Program-made: the position numbers and the translations under genes | Source: Acidobacteriota bacterium | GTDB lineage: Bacteria > Acidobacteriota > Terriglobia > Versatilivoradales > Versatilivoraceae | DNA length: 38,769 nucleotides | Direction: 5' to 3' | Assembly: GCA_003224725.1 (NCBI GenBank) | Contig: QHZQ01000043.1 | Coordinates: 18,022 to 56,790, forward strand | In this document: positions 8,687-17,044 of the stretch, piece by piece | How positions within the stretch are numbered: the stretch's first letter is position 1 | Layout: each line of letters starts with the position of its first letter | The notes under the pieces: model-generated | The model's input: only the letters and a program-made list of their open reading frames with translations | The model's database searches: none | What the model was told of the DNA's origin: nothing

Positions 8687-9769
8687 ATGATGACTTCTCT
8701 GACGATTGAAGTGGGTAAGGTGTTGCTAGTTTTAATAGGGGTCTTGAACTTAGCAGCGGTTCTCACCTGGATGGAGCGCAAACAGAGTGCCGTAATGCAA
8801 GATCGGATTGGGGCCAACCGGGCTTCTATTCTGGGATTCCGAGCTTTCGGCTTGTTTCAGGTCCTCGCCGATTCCATCAAAATGTTTGCCAAGGAAGACT
8901 TTGTTCCTCCGATGGGCAATCGGTTTCTGCACACTCTGGCGCCATTTGTTTCTGCTTTTTTTGCTCTCATTGGATTTGCCGCTATTCCGTTTGGCAATGT
9001 GATCCATCTGTTCGGCAAAGACATTAGTCTTCAGGTGATCGATCTGAATGTGGGTATCCTTTATGTCTTCGCGACCATGTCACTGGGAATTTATGGTGTG
9101 GTCCTGGCAGGCTGGTCATCCAATAATAACTATGCTTTTCTGGGTGGCATGCGCGGAAGCTCGCAAATGTTCTCCTATGAGATAACTATCGGCACCACCA
9201 TTTTAGGTGTGTTAATGATCTTCGAGTCGTTGAGTTTGCAAACCATCGTGCAAGCCCAGGGAGAGTTACTTTGGGGATTCATCCCGAAATGGGGTGTGGT
9301 TGTTCAGCCAATAGGATGTCTGCTCTTCTTGGTGGCTGGAATAGCCGAAACCAAGCGTGTTCCTTTTGACCTTCCTGAGGGAGAATCTGAAATCATTGGT
9401 TATTTTGTTGAATACAGCAGCATGAAATTTGGCTTGTTCATGCTGACTGATTTCGTTGAAACCATATTGATAGCGTCTCTAGTCACAACTCTATTCTTTG
9501 GGGGGTGGCAGATACCTTACCTAATGAGGGACGGTTTTCATTTTCCAGGGGGATTCACAGTTTCATTGTCGGGAACAAGCGTCTCCCTCTTGCAAGTTCT
9601 TTCCTATTGCGTCAAAGTTTTCTTCTTTTGCTGGTTCTTATTATTAGTTCGCTGGACACTGCCTCGATTTCGTTATGATCAATTGATGCGACTTGGCTGG
9701 AAGATGGTGTTCCCTATTTCAATCTTGAATTTGCTGGCTACAAGTCTGCTGGTTCTGTTATTGCGATAG
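8687..9769 (+). CDS. nuoH: NADH-quinone oxidoreductase subunit H
   Basis: Motifs WMERKQSAVMQDRIG and ETKRVPFDLPEGESE in a polytopic membrane protein. It starts 2 nt after nuoG. Confidence 0.93.
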   Translation: MMTSLTIEVGKVLLVLIGVLNLAAVLTWMERKQSAVMQDRIGANRASILGFRAFGLFQVLADSIKMFAKEDFVPPMGNRFLHTLAPFVSAFFALIGFAAIPFGNVIHLFGKDISLQVIDLNVGILYVFATMSLGIYGVVLAGWSSNNNYAFLGGMRGSSQMFSYEITIGTTILGVLMIFESLSLQTIVQAQGELLWGFIPKWGVVVQPIGCLLFLVAGIAETKRVPFDLPEGESEIIGYFVEYSSMKFGLFMLTDFVETILIASLVTTLFFGGWQIPYLMRDGFHFPGGFTVSLSGTSVSLLQVLSYCVKVFFFCWFLLLVRWTLPRFRYDQLMRLGWKMVFPISILNLLATSLLVLLLR

Positions 9770-9844
9770 AGCCGCTGTCACGTTGCAGTCGTTGGATAAA
9801 GGGAGCTTGATACCGTTCAGAATTCGATCTGAAGAGACTGATTT

Positions 9845-10336
9845 ATGGGCTCGCGTGAATTAAGCTTCACAGAACGTTTATATATCATCGAAGTCTTTAA
9901 AGGTCTATGGCTGACTGGTCACCATTTCTTCGGCAATATGAAGAGGCATTTGGCGCGACAGCTAGGACTGAATCGACTGAAAAAGGGAGCTGTGACCTTT
10001 CAATACCCTGAGGAACGTCGGCCTTTCTCCCCACGCTATCGTAGTCGACACCGACTCACTAAAAGAGACAATGGCTCACCCCGCTGTGTGGCCTGTATGA
10101 TGTGTGAAACAGTATGCCCGGCACACTGTATCTATATTGTGGCTGGAGAGCATCCGGATCCCAATATTGAGAAATTTCCGGTCCGGTTCGACATTGATCT
10201 CGGTGTTTGTGTGTTCTGTGGTTTCTGCGTAGAAGCTTGTCCAGAAGACGCAATTCGCATGGATACAGGTATTGTTGAAATCGCCGCCTACAGCCGTAAG
10301 GAAATGATCTATCATATTGAAGACCTCCTGCAGTAA
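9845..10336 (+). CDS. nuoI: NADH-quinone oxidoreductase subunit I (2x[4Fe-4S])
   Basis: Two ferredoxin-type motifs, CVACMMCETVCP and CVFCGFCVEACP. Confidence 0.92.
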   Translation: MGSRELSFTERLYIIEVFKGLWLTGHHFFGNMKRHLARQLGLNRLKKGAVTFQYPEERRPFSPRYRSRHRLTKRDNGSPRCVACMMCETVCPAHCIYIVAGEHPDPNIEKFPVRFDIDLGVCVFCGFCVEACPEDAIRMDTGIVEIAAYSRKEMIYHIEDLLQ

Positions 10337-10428
10337 GATCCTTTTCTTCGTATCAATCAACCCATAGCCTTGGCCCCTTAGCGGCCATATCATTGAATAG
10401 GTGGCTTAGGGGAGGCGTGGAAACGTTG

Positions 10429-10968
10429 ATGGAATACTCATTCTGTCCTAAGTGTGGTGGAGCGCTTGAATCAAAAGTCCTAAAGGCCTTCGAGCCGGCC
10501 AGATTGGTTTGTTCTCGCTGTCAATTTGTCTTTTTTCTGGATCCAAAGGTAGCAGCGGGCGCGCTTTTTAAACTGGATGGGAGCATTGTTTTATTGCAGC
10601 GGGGCATTGAACCCAGCTATGGAAAATGGGTGTTTCCGGGCGGCTATGTGGATAGAGGGGAGACTGTCGAAGGCGCGGCCGTCCGTGAAACCAAAGAGGA
10701 AGTTAATCTCGATATCAGGCTTGTTTCTCTTCTCAATGTTTACTCCTATGCTAACAGCCCAGTCATTGTAGTCGTCTACACGGCGGAAATTGTTGGTGGC
10801 AAACTGAAAGCTGGAGACGAGACATTGGACGTTCGAACTTTTGCTCCCAAAAAGCTCCCTTGGTCAGAACTTGCCTTTCCTAGTACTTTCCAAGCTCTTC
10901 GTGCTTACGTAAGCAAAGAATTCAGCTTGGACGTTGATCTCTCCGATTTTTCTTCGGCCTATTTATAG
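10429..10968 (+). CDS. NUDIX hydrolase with an N-terminal zinc ribbon
   Basis: Nudix box [24 protein letters not shown], and CPKCGG...CSRC at the N-terminus. I prefer the ATG at 10429. The ORF track uses the TTG at 10393. Confidence 0.8.
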   Translation: MEYSFCPKCGGALESKVLKAFEPARLVCSRCQFVFFLDPKVAAGALFKLDGSIVLLQRGIEPSYGKWVFPGGYVDRGETVEGAAVRETKEEVNLDIRLVSLLNVYSYANSPVIVVVYTAEIVGGKLKAGDETLDVRTFAPKKLPWSELAFPSTFQALRAYVSKEFSLDVDLSDFSSAYL

Positions 10969-11063
10969 AAACCTCCAAACTTTTCCCTGGCCTGTTAGGT
11001 TTCCTCTCCGATACAATGATTGTTGTTTTCATGACTCCGAGTTTGAAGTTGTGTCGGGAAACT

Positions 11064-11483
11064 ATGCTAGAGAAGAGGCACAATCCGGCAATCCGTGTCA
11101 TCATGATGCCAAAGGACACTAACGCCCGCGGCACCATTTTTGGAGGGGTCATATTGAGCTATATCGACCAGGCTGCCGCTATTGAAGCCCACAAGCAGGC
11201 CAACAAGAACTTCGTGACGAAGGCCATGAACGCGGTGGAATTCGTCGCGCCGGTACACCTTGGAGATGTGGTTAGTTTTTACGCCAGGACAACTAGGGTT
11301 GGTCGAACTTCGATTACTGTAGAAGTAGAGGTGGAAGCAGAGAGATTTCTGGAGAACCAGGGAAAGCATTTTGTGAAAGTCACAGAAGCCGAGGTGGTGT
11401 GCGTAGCCGTGGATCAAAATGGCCGACCGACCCCGATTCGAGACGAAACAACGCAAGGATCAAACCGATGTGGGCAACTCTGA
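11064..11483 (+). CDS. Acyl-CoA thioesterase (hotdog fold, YciA-like)
   Basis: [24 protein letters not shown] is a typical N-terminal signature. The start could be 11016 or 11064. Confidence 0.75.
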   Translation: MLEKRHNPAIRVIMMPKDTNARGTIFGGVILSYIDQAAAIEAHKQANKNFVTKAMNAVEFVAPVHLGDVVSFYARTTRVGRTSITVEVEVEAERFLENQGKHFVKVTEAEVVCVAVDQNGRPTPIRDETTQGSNRCGQL

Positions 11484-11484
11484 A

Positions 11485-11802
11485 ATGCCAACTTACTAAT
11501 ACCACATTTTCATTTGTATAAATCAGCGTCCCGAGGGTCACCCCAAGGGGTGTTGTAGCGGAAGAGGCTCCGAAGCTATTCGAGAGTACTTTAAAGAGGA
11601 AATTGGACGATTGGGTTTGAAAGGACGGGTCCGTGCTAACGCAGCAGGCTGTCTGGACACGTGTCAGTATGGGCCGAGCGTTGTGGTTTATCCCGATGGA
11701 GTGTGGTACCGTGTTAAGAACCTGGACGATGCGAAGGAAATTATCGAACGCCATATTCAAAGAGGAGAAACCGTAGAACGGCTGCTGATGCCAAAAGCGT
11801 AA
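11485..11802 (+). CDS. Thioredoxin-like [2Fe-2S] ferredoxin (NuoE-fold family) with an in-frame TAA at codon 5 (11497-11499)
   Basis: Frame 1 reads MPTY*YHIFICINQRPEGHPKGCCSGRGSEAIREYFKEEIGRLGLKGRVRANAAGCLDTCQYGPSVVVYPDGVWY. The ORF track shows only the C-terminal 63 aa, from the TTG at 11611. There is no canonical start codon between the TAA and the first Cys ligand. Confidence 0.7.
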
Positions 11803-11813
11803 TCGTAACGGTA

Positions 11814-13157
11814 TTACTGAATCCACCCTCCCAAAGCTATTCCCACGCCAGCACCTGTCAATGTGTTCAAGAAATTTACTATTTCGTTGTTTATTCCTTC
11901 CGTCCCCTCTATAGTGGCTCCTAGGAAGCTGTCCATTAAATTGCCGATCAGGCTCGCAGCTTGTACAAGCCAGACTTGCGTTTGGTCGACCAATCCTAGC
12001 TGAAAAGCAATTAAGCTAAGTGTTAATGCAGCAAGAACACCAGCCAGAGTCCCTTTCAAGGTGACTGCCCCGTTACTCCCACGCGGTACTCGAGCAAAAT
12101 TAGTAACTAGAAAGGGTTCACCGCCAAGCCACTGTCCAATTTCACTGGAAACGGTGTCAGCCGTGGCTGCAGCTAAGGCTGAAGTAAATCCGACCAGGAA
12201 GAGTCGACCCTCATCTGCTACCGCCGCCAAGATCGACAGCGCGGCCGGCACAATACCATTTGCCAGGATTTCTCTGGTGCCACGGGCACCCCTTTTGGTT
12301 TGTGATATTCCTAACTGTCTTTTATAGTCGTAGCCCATTTGGGTACTCAGAGAACCAAACACAAAAAAGCAAAGTAAAATTGCCCATCCTCTCCAACCTT
12401 GAAACCCAAAAATCAAAGTCCCAATAAGAATCCCAGCCAGGCAGCCCGAGGCTCTTACCCAGCCAAAGAACCAAGCAATCAAAGCAAGAAGGATGTTTAT
12501 CAGTAGGCCGACACCTAAATGAATCCAGAAGTCGTAGGCTCTCAACATTGTCAGCAGTGAGGTCTCGATCAGAAGATAGAAGAGTAAGCCTGCAGCCAGA
12601 GGGACGGAAAGGTTGTCATTGATCTTCCATGGCAAGGATTCGATGATGGCGCAACATAGACTCACTGTGCATGAGAGGCCGATGATGGTTGCAGGCGAGA
12701 GGTGAAGTTGAGGAAAGCTCGGCAATGTCCAAAATAACAGAACGGAAGCGCCAATACTCCCAAAAAGAACAAATGCAATAGTTCCGGCGAATGTTTTGCG
12801 AGGATTCCAAGGAATCCAAAGTCGCGTAGTGGAAATCCAGCAGACGCCGGCAGATCCATCTCCTAATGCCATCACACCCCAGGCTGCTGCTACAATGTAA
12901 AGCTGGCGGGGGAAGAGCAAGATCAAAACGAGAACAGAAATTGAGTAATAGAAAGGGCCACTCCGTATCGGTTTGCTTTCAAATTCACGAAAGATTCGGT
13001 GGGCGCCAAATCGCGGTAAGAAGAATAAATTGAAAAGGCAAGCACCGACGGCACAGAGAAGGGCCTCGTGGGGTGAGAGATAACGCAAGAGAAAAGCGAA
13101 ACCCAGCATCAAAATATGAATCAATTTACGTGGAGCTTCAAGGAATCGTGGTTGCAA
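11814..13157 (-). CDS. Polytopic membrane protein: N-terminal dolichol/phytol-kinase-like (CTP-transferase-1-like) domain fused to a C-terminal DUF92 (TMEM19/VTE6-like) domain
   Basis: N-terminal half: RKLIHILMLG, ALGDGSAG...NPRKTFAGTIAF and DNLSVPL. C-terminal half: GTREILANG, ADTVSSEIGQ, VPRGSNGAVTLKGTLAG and DSFLGATIEG. TTG start. Confidence 0.7.
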   Translation of the reverse strand: MQPRFLEAPRKLIHILMLGFAFLLRYLSPHEALLCAVGACLFNLFFLPRFGAHRIFREFESKPIRSGPFYYSISVLVLILLFPRQLYIVAAAWGVMALGDGSAGVCWISTTRLWIPWNPRKTFAGTIAFVLFGSIGASVLLFWTLPSFPQLHLSPATIIGLSCTVSLCCAIIESLPWKINDNLSVPLAAGLLFYLLIETSLLTMLRAYDFWIHLGVGLLINILLALIAWFFGWVRASGCLAGILIGTLIFGFQGWRGWAILLCFFVFGSLSTQMGYDYKRQLGISQTKRGARGTREILANGIVPAALSILAAVADEGRLFLVGFTSALAAATADTVSSEIGQWLGGEPFLVTNFARVPRGSNGAVTLKGTLAGVLAALTLSLIAFQLGLVDQTQVWLVQAASLIGNLMDSFLGATIEGTEGINNEIVNFLNTLTGAGVGIALGGWIQ

Positions 13158-13251
13158 AGGCTGGGTTTAACTAGTGTAATGCCCATGATTGGCCGCAGGG
13201 TCAACTTTCTTGGGACAAGAACCGACCATAACTCCTCTCTTGTTTTTCATC

Positions 13252-14250
13252 TCAGGCGTTCTTTAAAAAGCTTTGGTGATATTCCACTGTTCGCTTCAAG
13301 CCTTCTGCAAACGGTGTTATTTGGTATCCCAGTTCTCTCATCGCTTTCTGGCTACTAAAGGCCCAATCATGCTTATAAATGTTGACAACCTCGTGGGTTA
13401 ACTGGGGTGGTTTCCCTGTAAGGTCTGCCCTCAGCGTTTCTAGCCGACCCAGCGACCAGGCTATCCAATAAGGTATGACCAACTTAGGCTGCGGCTTGCC
13501 ACATAAGGAACTTAATCGAACAAGGAAATCCCGCAGGCTCAGATTCTCACCGGCCAGGATATACCCTTCTCCCAGTTTTCCTTTTTCCAGTGCCTGAAGG
13601 TGTCCCTCCACAACGTCATCGACGTAGGAAAAGGACCATTTTTTGCGCAGATCCCCGATCAAGCCAGGCAGGTTACCTTCAAGAAATTTCGCAATGATAT
13701 CGCCTACAAGGTTTCCGTCCGTTTTCGGGCCCGGGCCATAAATGACTCCAGGATACAGAATCACAATGGGGAAGCCCTCCGACGCAGCATGCATTGCCAT
13801 TTGGTGAGCCTGAGTTTTGGTTCTCTCGTAATCGTTGTGAAAGCCCTGATGTTGTCGTCGAGATTGCTCAACCAGAACTTTTCCGTCCGAAGGGCCTAGA
13901 ACGACGAATGAGGACGTATAGAGAAAACGCCGAATACCGTGTTCCTTAGCCAGAACCAATAGATTTCGTAAGACTTGTACATTGATTTCATAAAACTCTC
14001 GATGTTCTTTGGTCCACATTTTCACCAAAGCTGCTGTATGAATCAATGTTTCACAACGTTTGACAGCACTGTGAAGCACAACGTTATCCCGAAGATCCCC
14101 TTTTATCCATTCAATTTTTCCCGCACCCGACATTCTAGGTAGCCTTAGAGGATCCCTGACAAGGAGAACCAAGTCTTTCCCCTCTTTGGCAAGTCTTTTA
14201 GCTAAGTTGGAGCCAAGATATCCTGTGGCCCCGGTCAACAGGATTGACAT
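13252..14250 (-). CDS. SDR-family NAD-dependent epimerase/dehydratase (HpnA / dihydroflavonol-reductase-like)
   Basis: Rossmann motif LLTGATGYLGSNL and catalytic YERTK (YxxxK). 332 aa. Confidence 0.8.
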   Translation of the reverse strand: MSILLTGATGYLGSNLAKRLAKEGKDLVLLVRDPLRLPRMSGAGKIEWIKGDLRDNVVLHSAVKRCETLIHTAALVKMWTKEHREFYEINVQVLRNLLVLAKEHGIRRFLYTSSFVVLGPSDGKVLVEQSRRQHQGFHNDYERTKTQAHQMAMHAASEGFPIVILYPGVIYGPGPKTDGNLVGDIIAKFLEGNLPGLIGDLRKKWSFSYVDDVVEGHLQALEKGKLGEGYILAGENLSLRDFLVRLSSLCGKPQPKLVIPYWIAWSLGRLETLRADLTGKPPQLTHEVVNIYKHDWAFSSQKAMRELGYQITPFAEGLKRTVEYHQSFLKNA

Positions 14251-14356
14251 GATAGTTCACATCTGACCGAATATTAATCTGATTGTCCACATGATTGATG
14301 CAATTTAGCTGTAGAAGCATTGATTGATAGATTTGTTACCCACGAATGAAATGACA

Positions 14357-14375
14357 AAACTAGCTCAGCTAGTTT
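14357..14375 (-). terminator. Candidate terminator hairpin downstream of the HD-GYP regulator gene
   Basis: Perfect 8-bp stem (aaactagc / gctagttt) with a 3-nt loop. On the minus strand only a short TTTT(G) follows, so it is weak. Confidence 0.4.
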
Positions 14376-14494
14376 AGACTTGGCTCGCCAATTTTTCAAC
14401 ATGAGGTTCAAGGAAGAGGAAAGAGGACCAAAAGTGCAAGACTCTTTGGGTTGAGCTATAGGCAGATGCTGACGAAAGTTCTCTCAGCCCACCT

Positions 14495-15610
14495 TTAATA
14501 TTTTAGACTCTCTTTTGTATTGAACCAAACTTCTTCTGGAATGCTAAGGAAGGAGCCCACCATGCGCGGATCGAATTGTTTCCCTGAGAATCGAATGATC
14601 TCTTCACGAGTTACATGATAGCTAAGAGCCTTGCGATAAGGTCGATTAGAGGTCATAGCATCAAACGTATCCACTACAGCAAATAGTCTAGCAGCCAGCA
14701 GGATTTGATCCCCCTTCAAGCCTTGTGGGTACCCGGTACCGTCGAATTTTTCGTGGTGTTGGAAAACCAGTTGAGCAGCGCCTTCGAGGAAATCGATCCC
14801 TTTAAGGATATTATAACCGATCTCCGGGTGCTTACGCATTTGTATCCATTCTTCTTCGGTCAATTTTCCTGGCTTTAAGAGAATATTATCAGAGATACCA
14901 ATCTTACCCGTGTCATGCAGAAGCGATCCGCGTTCGATGTCTATCAACTCATTTTCCGGTACACCCAACTGCCTAGCTATGAGCAAAGTGTATTCGCTGA
15001 CCCTTTTAGAATGCCTTTGAGTTTCATGCTCACGGGCATCTAAAGCATTGATCAGGGCTTCTAGGGTGTTGGCATATGCTCGCTCAGTCTTATGAAGGGC
15101 CTTTTGCAAATCGGCTGTTTGCTCTTGAACTTTTTGCTCGAGGAAACTCTGATATTGCGTGCTTTCCAGAATTAGCTTACGACGTTCTAGGGCCTTATAG
15201 AGTTTGCTGCGAATTTCAAGCGCGTTGAAAGGTTTAATTACATAGTCGTAGGCTCCTGCCGACAGGGTATCAATGGCCAAACTTGCATCATCCACAGCAG
15301 TAATCATAATAACTGCCGTATCTTTACAATTAGCGTGAATATGCTGAAGCAAACATGATCCATCCATGACAGGCATTCGCATGTCCGTGAGCACCATTTG
15401 ATACGTATTTTCATTTAATCGCACAATCGCTTCTTGACCATTTTGAGCTGTGTCGCTTTTGAACCCTTCCGCTTCAACAATCGTTTTTAAGATATGACGA
15501 ATCATTGGCTCATCATCCACAATGAGGATTCGTTCAGCCCTCTGATCAGTCGAAGGAAATATTTCTTGTGGAGGATTTATTTCATGCCCTCGTGATTTGA
15601 CGTCCAACAT
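14495..15610 (-). CDS. Response regulator with an HD-GYP output domain (c-di-GMP phosphodiesterase, RpfG family)
   Basis: REC domain (ILIVDDEP...VLTDMRMPVMDG) followed by HDTGKIG and HHEKFDGTGYPQGL. Confidence 0.9.
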   Translation of the reverse strand: MLDVKSRGHEINPPQEIFPSTDQRAERILIVDDEPMIRHILKTIVEAEGFKSDTAQNGQEAIVRLNENTYQMVLTDMRMPVMDGSCLLQHIHANCKDTAVIMITAVDDASLAIDTLSAGAYDYVIKPFNALEIRSKLYKALERRKLILESTQYQSFLEQKVQEQTADLQKALHKTERAYANTLEALINALDAREHETQRHSKRVSEYTLLIARQLGVPENELIDIERGSLLHDTGKIGISDNILLKPGKLTEEEWIQMRKHPEIGYNILKGIDFLEGAAQLVFQHHEKFDGTGYPQGLKGDQILLAARLFAVVDTFDAMTSNRPYRKALSYHVTREEIIRFSGKQFDPRMVGSFLSIPEEVWFNTKESLKY

Positions 15611-16019
15611 AAAAGCAATCCTGAATCAACCTGGCCCAGACAACCAAGTTATTGCTAGCCAAGCCTGGAATAACACCCAACACCTGATCGACAGCAGGTC
15701 CGATTGGGTTTAAAGAAATTCTCCGGATTTCATTCGCTTATAAAACCTTATCAAATCAACCACGATGCTGATTATTTGGGTTAAAGTTTTTACCCCAGAT
15801 TACGAAACATTAAAAAGGTTTTAAAAGTTTGAATCTGGTCCAAGCACCAAGAATCCAACCTACCTTCGAGGTCTGTTAAAATTTTGGCTCTTGAGACGGT
15901 TTTTTGACACTCTAGCTTGTGTTTCCGCTGCCCGTTGCCTCAAATTTCTCCCCGATTTGTTCTCCAGTCCCTTCTTCCTAAGAATCTAAGATACGCTAAA
16001 TCAAACTGATAAAACGATA

Positions 16020-16035
16020 TTCGGAATATTCCGAA
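16020..16035. promoter_or_regulatory. Perfect 16-bp palindrome TTCGGAATATTCCGAA, a candidate operator or activator site
   Basis: Read directly from the sequence. Its centre lies about 36 bp upstream of the GG of the sigma-54-like element. A further ATTCGG half-site occurs at 16045-16050. Confidence 0.35.
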
Positions 16036-16061
16036 AGAATCTCTATTCGGTCAATTTTACC

Positions 16062-16076
16062 TGGCCAGTAGCTTGC
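16062..16076 (+). promoter_or_regulatory. Candidate sigma-54 (-24/-12) promoter upstream of fliA
   Basis: TGGCCAgtagcTTGC against the consensus TGGCAC-N5-TTGC, with exact GG-to-GC spacing of 12 nt. It lies about 190 nt upstream of the fliA start. Confidence 0.45.
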
Positions 16077-16264
16077 CTTATTCCATGACATTCAGTCGGA
16101 ACGTGGAAAGTGAAGTAAATCGCAAGGCGGTATGGGAAAGGGATCTAACGAATTCGAGAAGTGCTAAGTAACTGCCTCGATTAGCTGCACTAATCAAAAC
16201 CAAAAGAGGAACCTCTCCCCGTGGTTTGAAACTCGGCGGAAAGGTTTAAGGAGGAAACAAAAAA

Positions 16265-17041
16265 GTGTTACAGACCCAAAAGAGAAGCGTGAAACAAGAC
16301 CGATTATCGTCTTCGAACAAAAAAAGAGAGGATCTCATATTGGAGCATCTCTCGCTAATAAAGTATCATGCGTACCGCATCGCCACTCAATTACCTCCGA
16401 ACATTGAGATCAATGATCTCATAAATGCTGGCGTTCTGGGTCTAATGGACGCAATCGAAAAATTTGAACCTTCCAGAGGGGTAAAATTTAAGACTTATGC
16501 GGAATTGCGGATCCGTGGTGCCATGTTAGACAGCCTTAGAGAATTGGATTGGGCTCCTCGCTCGCTGAGAAAGAAAAGCAAAGAGCTGACAAAGGCTTCC
16601 CAGAAATTGCAACAGGAGTTTGGGAGAGAAGTCAGCGATCAAGAACTCTGTGAAGAAATGGGTATTGAACTGGATGAATTATATAAGCTAACGGACCAAC
16701 TCAAGGGACTCAGCGTTGGAAGCTTCTATGATGCTTCAAGAAAGTATGATGAAGACGAAGGAGATGCAGAAAGTCTAATCAATTATTATCCAGACAATGT
16801 TGCCGATGGCCCATATTGTGTTTTTGAAAAGGAAGAATTGAAGAAGATTTTGGGAGAGGCTATAGATGGTCTCAGTCGAAAGGAACGCTTGGTTGTATCT
16901 TTGTATTATTTTGAGGAGTTGACCATGAAAGAGATTGGTGCGGTTTTACGAGTCAACGAATCTAGAGTTTCCCAGTTACATACCAAGGCGATGATGAGAT
17001 TACGCCTAAAACTTAGGACTTCAGCCTTTCGACCGAAATAA
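16265..17041 (+). CDS. fliA: RNA polymerase sigma factor of the FliA/WhiG (sigma-28) family
   Basis: Region 2 DLINAGVLGLMDAIEKFEP, LDWAPRSLRKK, and region 4 LTMKEIGAVLRVNESRVSQLHTKA. AAGGAGG lies upstream of the GTG start. Confidence 0.85.
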   Translation: MLQTQKRSVKQDRLSSSNKKREDLILEHLSLIKYHAYRIATQLPPNIEINDLINAGVLGLMDAIEKFEPSRGVKFKTYAELRIRGAMLDSLRELDWAPRSLRKKSKELTKASQKLQQEFGREVSDQELCEEMGIELDELYKLTDQLKGLSVGSFYDASRKYDEDEGDAESLINYYPDNVADGPYCVFEKEELKKILGEAIDGLSRKERLVVSLYYFEELTMKEIGAVLRVNESRVSQLHTKAMMRLRLKLRTSAFRPK

Positions 17042-17044
17042 CCC

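Noticed and set aside
11497-11499. TAA as a reassigned sense codon (alternative genetic code)
   Set aside because: Several well-supported genes in the window, such as nuoD, terminate at TAA at the expected protein ends. Global reassignment is therefore not supported.
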